Made by a program: the position numbers and the translations under genes. From Atractiella rhizophila (lineage: Eukaryota), in contig MU271451.1 in assembly GCA_021432655.1 (NCBI GenBank), positions 1 through 62,935 of the forward strand: a stretch of DNA of 62,935 nucleotides. The letters are read 5' to 3'. Position 1 is the first letter of the stretch. Each line of letters starts with the position of its first letter. The notes below the pieces were generated by a model that was not told the origin of the DNA, did not search any database, and saw nothing but the letters and a program-made list of their open reading frames with translations. This document shows positions 37,632 through 47,865 of the stretch, in pieces.

Positions 37632-39205
37632 CTACTCGGTAAGAGTGAAATCGAGATTCAAAGTTTTGGCATATTTTGTCGCTTCATCCATTTCCCTCCT
37701 GGACCACAATCCAAAAAAATTAATCAGTTTCACTGTGCTTCCAGCTGTGAATTGGTCCAGAACATTCAACAGTCCTCTGTATTCGATGTGGCAGAAATGA
37801 AGCTGGAGCCGAAGAAGTGGTCGTATCATTGGTAACTCTGAAAAAAAAACGTCTTGGTAGGAGGTTTATAGATTCGTGTCCACCGTCAACTTCTAAGATG
37901 GCTAGATTGTGCCATACAGTGCCTTTCAATGGTTCTGCAAAGACAATGCCTGTAATATCAAATATCCTGTTGCGGCTATAGAAGACCTTCAGGGTGGATG
38001 AATGTTCAAGAAAAGTGACAACATTCGGATCCAGAGCGTGTTGGGGAGTTAAGCTTAATATATTGGCTCTACGAATGAGCGGGCCTAGGACTAAGCACAT
38101 GAAGTGTTGACTTCCACCCTTTAGTTCCAACAGAGCAAGATTCAGCTCCGCTTCCGGTTTAGTAGGATTGATGGTCTTGGGGGAGATGGGAGAATCGATG
38201 TCAATCAATAAGAGTTGTTTCAAGGTATGAACGGACTTCGAGCACGATAAAAACTGCAGGACTCGTTGTTCATCCCAACCTCGCAATTTGATAGTTTCAA
38301 GCGTACGCAAATAGGCTAACGACAACAAGATAGACCTGTTGTGATCTGATGCGGGATATATGAGGTCTACAAATCTGATCTGTTGGACACTTTTCAGGAG
38401 GGTGAAGAGGCTTGGTAGATCAATCTGATCTCGAGCATCGATTATCCTATACCGTAATTCGGTCCAATGCGAACGGTAAAAATTGCCATTCTGCTTCAAC
38501 GACATTTGCTTCTCAGTCGCCGCGAGAGGTTCCGTCTCAAAAGTTTTCGCGTAGTCCCGCCATTCGCGGCAAACTAATCGGTACCTCACGTCTATGCCCC
38601 TCCACCATCCTTTCCGAAGATGAGGCATCGCAAAGCTTCGATTCTGGTAGGTCCCCTTCTCACCTTCGAAACAGATCGACAAGACGGAATGCAACAGTTC
38701 TGGTGGTAATCTAGATATGTAAGGCTTGTTAGCCTGCGTTGTAAGTTGTATACACCAAGAGCCTCGACTCATTTGCTGTGGAATCGGGACAACTCCTGAT
38801 TCGCTCTCGAAAGTGAGCAGATAGCTTTGAAATTCCCAAACGTCATTAACATCTTGAGGAAGAGGTTCCAGTACGGCAATGCCTTCTCCCCCTTCCCAGA
38901 GGTAAGATGAAGACAAAATGCAATTCATAGAGTATCGTAAACCATGCCAAACTCCCAATGTATTCAAAATTAAAGAAGATGAGGTTTTGAAGTTGGATGC
39001 CAAGAGCTTCGAGTTCTGTCAAAAATACGTTATGTGAGGCAACTGGGTAATGGAAGTTTGTCGTTAGATGGATGACGATATTCCGTAAACATGTTGTAGA
39101 GACAAAGGAACTCGTCCAAGTAATAATAGGGAAACAACTCCTGTTGGGGTAATGCCCCATAACGTGAATAACGGGCGTAAGTTCGTGAACAGCAAGCTGT
39201 GTCAT
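37632..39205 (-). CDS. F-box protein with LRR-like region; frameshifts near 38890 and 37845
   Basis: F-box PYISRLPPELLHSVLS...RYRLVCREWRDYA followed by Leu-rich repeats. The tail LAILEVDGGHESINLLPRRFF continues in ORF 37632-37829 after a shift in an A9 run. Confidence 0.7.
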
Positions 39206-40397
39206 ATCCCAGCGATTCTATGATCCGAAGGGTTGTCAGCTAAGGTGAAGAAGTGAGAAGAAGGTTGACGATTATTGCAGGCGGTTGGGGTATTCGATAA
39301 AGTAGTGGCTTAAAGTATAATATTCGAGATATCAAGATGATACTATTGTAGATGAGACGACGATTATGATAAATGAGTAAGGGTTCACATACGTTTTCAG
39401 CAGCCAAACCCTGACATGGAAGTGACAGGAACTGTCTACTTACCCATTTTTTTGCCAGCTGAGAACAAGTTCTTTGCGGTATGATCCTAGTTGTTTCAAC
39501 TGATCCGTAGCAATCTTGAATTTAGCCGGATTTGGTGAGGCAGAGAAGTGAGCAGCAGCAAAAGTGGTGAGTATTTGCGCAGCACAGACGATGTTGGATG
39601 GCGATTGTCATCTTGGTTCACCTTTCTTGTTCTTAACACTTTGTCCATGCCATGCTTACCTCTGAGAAGTACTTCAGTGCTATGGAGGTTCAGCCCAACA
39701 TCACAATTACATTTCACTCTCGTATTCAAGCTGGGATCGCCTTGCACCGGACCCTCGGAAATGATAGATAACAGAACTCTATGATTTGTGGATGGCAGAA
39801 GTTGGGTCAAGAACTCGAAGCATTCGTCCACAATTGGAAAGGTGAAGGGTGAAAAGCATGAAGCTCAAATGCAGACTTTGTTCCTATGGATTTGACCTGT
39901 GTATCATAGAAGCTTGGATGGACATAATCTTGAGAAAGATACTGGAAAGAGGAGGTAACTTCATTTGATTGATTCGGCTACAAATGTTGTGTGCCCTTCA
40001 GGCATGTGTGATAACAGGATTCTCGTAAACTGATAGCTCGAAAGTTAAAAGGAGACTGATGCTAATTGCGATTTGAAGAAGGAAACCTCAATCAATCATT
40101 GCAAAATGTAAGGGAGGAAACATGTCAGGGGATATACCTTGGTACAGAAAAATTCATGTCCCGATTCAAGGATTTAATTCCTTCGGGTTCTTTTAAATGG
40201 TCAAATCATGCCCAAATTGTTTGATCTAGGGCTCCAAAACGACAGTTGAAAGAGACAAAGTGATACAAGAAAGTAGAGGCAAAAGGTGGGCCGAGACCAG
40301 ACGGGATTGTGGAATAGATATGTAGTCGGTAGCGGGGGGACGACGAGGTGCGACAGCCGTGATTTCATTTCGGAATCGTAAGGGAAGAGGGATTTGC

Positions 40398-40768
40398 TCA
40401 TTCCATTTGGTTTCCTCCGAAACTGAAACCGCCACTAGGAGCAGCGACGTCGGATTGGAAGGCAAAGGCACCAGAGGGATCGGCTTGTCCAGCATCGATT
40501 CCGGTTTGTTGATCGTCATCATCAGGCTGGGGTTCGTATCCGTCAACAACGGTTTCAGCTCACAGAAAAGAACGCGTACGAAGTATTTATCCATAATGAA
40601 AAAGCATTTCTTGTAGATCTCCACGTTCTCATGATGCTGGAGATTGTGGATGGTGACCATTCCGCCAGCCTCCTCAACAAAGATGGAGTATTGATTGACT
40701 CCGCCGTTCTGCTCTTTATCAAGCTCTCCGACTTTAAGGATATTCTCAAGTCCGTCCAACGCAACCTG
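40398..40768 (-). CDS. SRP1: Importin-alpha (karyopherin alpha), 3' end only, cut by the N gap
   Basis: [19 protein letters not shown]...[76 protein letters not shown]. Stop at 40398-40400. Confidence 0.96.
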
Positions 40769-41072
40769 NNNNNNNNNNNNNNNNNNNNNNNNNNNNNNNN
40801 NNNNNNNNNNNNNNNNNNNNNNNNNNNNNNNNNNNNNNNNNNNNNNNNNNNNNNNNNNNNNNNNNNNNNNNNNNNNNNNNNNNNNNNNNNNNNNNNNNNN
40901 NNNNNNNNNNNNNNNNNNNNNNNNNNNNNNNNNNNNNNNNNNNNNNNNNNNNNNNNNNNNNNNNNNNNNNNNNNNNNNNNNNNNNNNNNNNNNNNNNNNN
41001 NNNNNNNNNNNNNNNNNNNNNNNNNNNNNNNNNNNNNNNNNNNNNNNNNNNNNNNNNNNNNNNNNNNNNNNN
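40769..41072. other. Assembly gap (304 N)
   Basis: Run of n characters. Confidence 1.
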
Positions 41073-43540
41073 CCCAAAGTCTAAAATAATGTGAAGGAAA
41101 GGTAGGTAGACAAGCGAGCAGGTCTATGCCTACGACGGCCCTACGTCAGGAGATACAGCCGGTTACGAAGCAATTGCAGTTTGGAGAGGAGGTATAACTT
41201 GCGATTCGTCCCTAATTGACCCCATTTGTTAATTGATTTACGTCTTATATAACAAGAGAGAGAGCAGGTTATACAAAGTATAAAGGTGAAGGGGTTCCAA
41301 GTGTGGCAGTAGAAACAGAGGAATTACGCAGCTCTACCGTGTGGTCTTTGCCTAACTCGTTGCTCACCACGTACACCCTATTATGTCTAAAACTTCTCGC
41401 TTGATGAACATACTTTTATACATATAGAAAGGAGACGGTTCGGTTCATGCGTTACGGTGAAGTAAAATATCTGTCAGTATGTTACATTATGCAAAAACCG
41501 TAGTAACTACTTCCATCGCGTATTTTATTACCCTATTACCCTACGAAACGTTTCTAAAGTGTAAATCCCTGACTCCATCAGGATTCGAAGTTGAAGCGAT
41601 ACGACATAAGAGAGAGAGCAGGGGAATGCACGCTCTGCTATGTGGAGTAAGTGAACGTGTATGCAAAGGATGATAAAGACGACCGTTCTGTGTCTTTACC
41701 ACGTCATCGCCTACCGTAGTTTTGTTCCAACGGGCATAAGTGTAGTTAAAATAAAGCTAGTGTATGTGTTGTGGCAAGGGTCGAGGTGTCGTATGTCTAA
41801 AAGGGCGAATGTTAAGATTTGTTAAGGGTTAGTAAATTTCGTTATTTTTACCAACGGGTTTAGGAAGGAATCATAAAGACGAGGTGAAGAACGAAGGGAT
41901 AGAGAAACAGGTAAGGGAGGTAGAGAAGCTCATGTGTCGTAAGCAAGCGTTGTCCACCTTCTCTACCTTCACTTATGAGCCTAGATTGTTTAGTAACCTA
42001 GTACTGGTATATGTACAGCGACCGCTCGTGTCTTATTTGTGTATATGTTTCACGTTTTGTTCAAGGACAATGACAAGGCCTCGGCTTTTGAAACAAAGAA
42101 CGACGTGTTTTTTAGTTCTGGCGGTAGAACTCGCGTGCAGTTAAAGGTTCGTGTCTTAGAGAAATTTTGAGGTAGTTAATAGGGATAGTACCGGAGATAT
42201 CTTGTGGCGTTCTTGTGAATATTCTTGTTTCCGCAAAAGTTCGTTCTACTTGACTCCTCCTCCGCGCTTCTCGTCGTCCACCTTTAGTCTGCAGTCTTTG
42301 CACTTCTTAGACACCGGTTCTCCTCTTTAAACCGTCTACACCCACTACTATACCCTCTATCGCTGCTACTCCGACAACGGTGTCACACTCGTGGAAAGCT
42401 AAGCGCTAACCCGCTCTACCCAAATGCCTTACTAGCCTCGTCGAACCTGCGGGTAGAAGTCCTTGTTGAAGGAGTTTACCAGGTAAGAAAAGAGGCTGAG
42501 ACAGCTTCGAGTTAACCTACGCCGATGGTTTAAAGCTTTCTAGGACAGCTTCCTCTCCTTGGGGTGGCTAGCTATTTCAGTAGCTTTAGCCGCACTAGCT
42601 TGCCTACCCACTCACGCGTAAAACGGGCAACACTTGTTACTTTAACTCTGCAGCCAGATCAACTCGCGACGAGGCATCGGGTGTGAGATACTAGGTCCAG
42701 GCATGAAGCACATCTACACGGAGATCTAAAAAAATACATGGACACGAAGATCAAGCTTACGCGGACCCCCCAATGGTTGCAACGAAGGCACGCAAGTAGT
42801 GTAGGAAATGAGAAACGGACGTGATTACAATTTAAAATCCCTTGTAGGCTCGTGTGGGTTCATCAGTAACGTCGACCACGACAAGGTCAGAAGTAGCTTG
42901 AAGAAAGAAGTGGGCCACGAGCTGCATGCACTCGTTCGTCAAACCCGTGAACCCTTGTAACGTCCTCTATCGGGATTTACAGCTCTGATACAGGAAGTTC
43001 GACCGCGAGACGCAGGGAATAACCGAGAAGAGTTGCTCCCGGTGTTTAACTGGTACGACTCCTTACGATGAACCTGGAACTCGTTAAAAACAGCTCCTTC
43101 CTTGGGCGTTGGTCTAACCCTTAACCACGCAAAAGGGCACAAGTCTGCAAACCTACTCATGAGTCTCATAACGCAATCTAGAGTGGGCGCCGAAGTCTGG
43201 GACTGGTTTAACTAAATAAGCAAGCTACTGCTTCAGAACTAGCTACGAACAACCCGTTAGAGGATAGAAAGCCTGCCCAGGTTGCTGTTCTAAGTCCGAC
43301 AGTAACTATCGCCTCAGTGGTCTGCCGATCAACTTGACAACTACATACCAAAAGCGGATCCAGCGGTTGGTAGTGCGACTGAGACTACCTTGTCCGTATT
43401 GAGCTGCTCGCAGGTCTGAGGGCGAAACTCCAGCTAGCCTTTACAACAGTGGCCACTGCTAGAGGTCTGCGTTCAACAGTAATGGAGGCCGCGGGAAGGA
43501 CGAGAAGAGGTGAACGAAAGAAGAGGGTTTCTACGCTATT
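41073..43540. other. About 2.47-kb segment written reversed without complementation; holds the upstream region and 5' part of importin-alpha
   Basis: No meaningful ORF on either strand, but the simple complement read left to right gives importin-alpha coding sequence with GT-AG introns up to about 43539. The right boundary is set by where that similarity stops. The left boundary is assumed to be the gap edge. Confidence 0.93.
42189..43539. CDS. SRP1: Importin-alpha 5' exons (IBB domain and most ARM repeats), readable only as the non-reversed complement
   Basis: The complement from 42189 reads [48 protein letters not shown], then [98 protein letters not shown] and PALRSIGNVVTGDDLQTQVV...LLSSPKDAI. 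Several 1-2 bp indels. Confidence 0.96.
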
Positions 43541-44179
43541 ACTATGGCACATGTCACGCTCTCATTAATTGATAAGTTTACGTGAGGACACATTCATGCT
43601 ACAACAACTCTCCATTGCAGGATCCAACGGGAGTAAATGAACGAACGACACTCGATTTAACCATCCAACCATTCCATGGAGGAAGTAAGGGTGAGGCAGA
43701 GAAAGGCACGATATCTTTGTTGTCCTTTTACACAGAATCGCGTCAGGTTCAAGGTATGACTCTTTTGTCAAACACCTACAAGATTATCCGGTTTTTTAGA
43801 TCTTTAGATTTTCGAAAATCCGAGACATCGTATCGTAGCAGACTTACCGATCGTTTATTTGGTTTAAGGAAGAGGAGAGGGAGAAGAAAGAATACAACAA
43901 CGTGAGATCGAGACGTTGTAAGCCTTCCACATCTGCTGTTTCGCAAGAAAGTGGAAAGTGTTTTCCGATTTTTTTCGAGCAGTATTGGGTTCGGCTGCTC
44001 CGACGACAATGAGTCAAGAGAGGAAAACAGAGAATAACACACTTTTAAATCGAGAGTATGACCAACATACGACTAACCACCGACCGACCTGAAATCCAAT
44101 GTCTTCACCATCCCCTCTTCTCCCGTCGTCACCTCTACCAACCTTCCTGCGTCCAACATCCAACATCCCGCTCCTTCAA

Positions 44180-45240
44180 TTAATCTCTCCCTCCCCTCGC
44201 CGCCGCCATCCTCGCTCCAGTCCACGCAGGACTCTTCCTCCCCTCTTTCTTGACCCTCACAAATGACACGAGGACTCCCTTCTTATTACACTCCGCGACC
44301 GTCCTCTCCACCGCTTTAAAGAGATCCCAATCCACCGCCGCCGGGTACGTTCGTTTCCTGAACCACGACGAAGACGGCTTGTGGGACGTTATGATCCTAG
44401 CCTGAGGTGCGGGCAAGGTCCCAGAGAAGGTGTATTTGCGACCTCTCAACTTCCTTTGCTTCCCATCATTCTTCGTAGCGCTGCTGGAAAGGTAGGACGG
44501 CCTGGTCCCGCTCCACGGCTTGGAGTCGGGGGAGAGCATGATGCCGTCGAGGAAGTAGAGGGAGGAGGTGAGGATCACAATCTCCTTCACGTTCGTAGGT
44601 ACTGAGTAGGAAAAGGAGTGTTTGTATCCCTCTTCTTCCCATGAGGATCCGATCTGACCCGCAAAGCTGCGAATACGTCCTGGCACCTTTGCGCGATCCA
44701 TTTCCCTGTTCCATGTCATATCAGCGCCGACTAATTGACAAGGAAAAGAGACAGGACGGACCTCAACGAATTAACCGCCAACTCCCTCCCCTTCTCCACC
44801 GCCTTCAACACTCCCCAAACCTCCACGCTCCTCTCCGTCTGTCTCCCATTCCTAGTTCCTCCAGTGACCACTTCCGTCGGCACGACGTAAGCGCAGTTCC
44901 TTCCACTCTCAATGTGTCCATAATCGATCCCAACGCCAGCACAGACGTCGTGTCCGAATGGCTGACAATACGAGGCGACGTGGAGGACAACTGCATTGTG
45001 CGAAGGACAGGGACCGGACACCTTCGTAGGAGGAAGAGATAGGATTTGGCAGGAAGGGCAGAAGGTGGTTTGGCGGAGAGTGCCGAGGGCGAGAAATGAG
45101 CTGTCTGGATGATAGAGCGTGGAGGGAGAGGCATCGTGATGGATCGTAGGTAAGATCGTAGATCGTAGAGAAGTTGAAGGAAGGAAAAAGGGAGAGTTCA
45201 GCGAAGAACTCAGCCCTGAAGAAATCCAAGCGTCCTGTTG
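44180..45240 (-). CDS. RNase H1-fold protein lacking most catalytic acidic residues, preceded by a CxxC..CxxH motif; 5' end unresolved
   Basis: Ordered RNase HI-like blocks VVLHVASYC, AGVGIDYG...RN, QTERSVEVWGVLKAVE, IVILTSSLYFLDGIM, DWDLFKAV, VSFVRVKKE and GARMAAARG. An intron near 44760-44707 joins ORFs 44731-45021 and 44180-44719. The frame is open back to an acceptor-like site near 45241. Confidence 0.65.
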
Positions 45241-46395
45241 CTGAGCGTCGAATCAGTCGATCAAAAGTCCTTCAGACCTTTAGCAGATTGGATTGGAAAG
45301 AAAGGCAAGAGCGAGGAATAACAAGTGAATGAGTGGTTCTTATAAAGTTTATGGGCAAACCTTCGGCTGTGCACAAAAGTGGTGACGTGAGTCTGGCGTC
45401 GCGACGTGTTTGCACACCCGAAATTGGGGCACCTTCAGCTTTCCATTCTTTGCAGTAGGTCGCGCAAAGAACAATGGATGAAAGCGTGTCTTTGCGCCGC
45501 TGCCCCTCAGAACTCAGGTACTGCTTCAAATTCAGATCGCAGTAAGCTAAAACACTGCTCGCTGCAGGGCGAACCAATTGAGAATGGATTGCAACAATTA
45601 ACAGTCTGCTGCTCTGTCTAAATTACATGGAGAAGACACCCAAAAAGAATCAGCTGACAGAACCATGAAGGCCTTCGTCAGAGTCACATTCCATAGAAAG
45701 TAAAGACGGATGGTCCTCAACTTCTGGTATTCAAGACCACGCCGTTGGTCTCAACGATGTGATGTGCAGAGAGAGGAGCCTGAAGATCTGAGTGATGGTA
45801 TATCTTCCTGTTTTTGAGTTCAGTTTACGAGCAGGGACGACGCTCTGGCTGAGGTTCAAGCGCAAGCAATATCTTTGCGGTCTCAAGAGGATCGTTGTGT
45901 ATAGAACAGTCGAACCGAAGCATGATAACAGCGCCAGTATGCACTCATTCCACGGTGAGCTTAAAACCACAGGAGCTTACAAAGACGATTTGTTGTTTTT
46001 GAGTGTTCAGGCCAATCCACCAACAAATCGTAAATCACGCACGTTCCAAACGTCTCCGTTGCGCCTTCCCCGGCAATCTCTTCAACCCGTTGCAGGTAAT
46101 CACAGGAACACTGATTAATTACTGATTGAGGAGCAATTTTTGTTGTTTGCAGCGGTTCCGTCGGGCGGAATAATTACTCTTTTCAAATCCCGGTCGGTTA
46201 CTGGCGGTTACTTGCCGGTAATCACGATTATTTTGTCACGCGTCTCCGTGGCGTGTCAAAATTTGTTTGGGGAGAGCTCTTCGTTGGGGAGGATGGCTCC
46301 CTTCAAAAGGCTGCCTCCGAAGGCATTCTCACTTGCCACGAGCATCTCTTTCCACCCATCCCATTTCAACTCTCCCTCTTTCGAGTCTGAACAAG

Positions 46396-47549
46396 ATGGA
46401 CGCCGTATTCTCCAGCGACTCCCGAATCGCTAGATACCTCTGGCACAACAAAGTCTGGTCAATCGAGTACCCAGACATCTTCGGACTCGTTAACAGGAAC
46501 GGGGACGGTGCGCCGCATCCGTTATTGGAGTGGTATGTCCTTCATTACTGTTTATGTTAAAGAAGCGACCTTATGTCTTGCCTGAATCCAGGACTCTCCA
46601 TCCGCTCACTCCGGTCCTTTTTGCAACTGTCTACCTCCTCACCGTCTCCTATTTCAATCGCTCCCGCCCATGCACTCCATCCTTCCACATTCCTCGCTCC
46701 CTCATCGTCGCCCACAACGCTCTACTGGCAATTTACTCCTTTGCCACGTTCTGCAAGACTGCTCCTCTCGTCTATGGGAGCTTCATCAAGGCGTTCTGGT
46801 ATCACGGATCCCAGGGGTTCGTAAGGACATACTGCGATATGGATGGGAGGATTTGGGCGGAGGGATTGAATAATTGGAGTTACGTATTTTACCTCTCGAA
46901 ATACTATGAGGTCATCGGTATGTTCTTTTCCTTTTCCTTCCTGCCCCTCATTGATTGATTGTCTGGTAGATACCATCATCATTCTCGTCAAGGGAAAGAA
47001 AGCACATGTGTTGCAAGAATATCATCACGCCGGAGCCATCATCACAATGTGGGCGGCTCTCAGGTTCGCAGCGTTTCCAGTCTGGATCTTCTGCGTGTTC
47101 AACAGCTTCATCCATACCAGTTCGTTTTCTTTGTTCCCACTTGCGCTTCCTTATAAACGACATAGTCATGTACACCTATTACGCACTTTCGACGATGAAA
47201 GTCAACGTGCCATTAGTTCTCAAACGCAGTTTAACAACGATGCAAATCACGTGCGTGCTTTTAATCCTACCGTTTTCTCACTGGCTGACCTGCTTTTCAA
47301 TCATGTAGCCAATTCCTTGTCGGCTTCGGAACAGCTGCCTCCTACCTCTTCATCCGCATCCCCCTCGGCGAAGTGTCAGACCAAGTATCAGGCGTCGCCC
47401 AATGTCTCGCAAGCGACGGACAGAAGCTAGCGACCGTCCTCAACCTCGCTTACCTCACTCCTCTCACCGTCCTCTTCTCGAATTTCTTCATTAAGTCGTA
47501 CACGAAGAGGGGCAGGCGACATGCGCCGAAGAGCGTCAAGGTGGATTAG
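46396..47549 (+). CDS. GNS1/SUR4 (ELO) family fatty-acid elongase, 5 exons
   Basis: HNALLAIYS, FYLSKYYEVIDTIIILVKGK, LQEYHHAG, FNSFIHTIMYTYYALS, KRSLTTMQITQF and YLTPLTVLFSNFFIKSY. Stop at 47547-47549. Confidence 0.95.
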
Positions 47550-47865
47550 ATGGAAGGAAGATGGTGGTTCGGTTGGTTCGGTCGTGCTTGGGGTTCTTCG
47601 TGTGCTTTCGGGTTGTTTTAATAGGGTATGAACGAAAAAGTTGCAGATGTGGGACGACGGTTATGATGCGCCAACTTCAGAGCTTTTACACTGAAAAGCT
47701 TAAATCAAAAGTTCATACATACATCAATTCATACCTAACCGTAGTACTCTTTCAGATGTCAACTGGTTCTGAAGAGTTCATTCTGTGAATATCTGTTTGG
47801 CAGAAATAATAGATATAATACAACACGTTCCCGTGCTTCCTCGTACCGATATCCTAAGGGATGTT

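Noticed and set aside
40226..41089. ORFs containing long X runs
   Set aside because: Artefacts of translating the N gap. Only the importin-alpha part is real.
41479..43169. Short ORFs listed inside the post-gap segment
   Set aside because: Chance ORFs in reversed sequence. The real coding signal is in the non-reversed complement.
41073..43540. Idea that the segment is a natural inversion, a foreign insert or a new genetic mechanism
   Set aside because: A true inversion would read as importin-alpha on the plus strand, and it does not. The position next to a gap and the indel load favour a software artefact.
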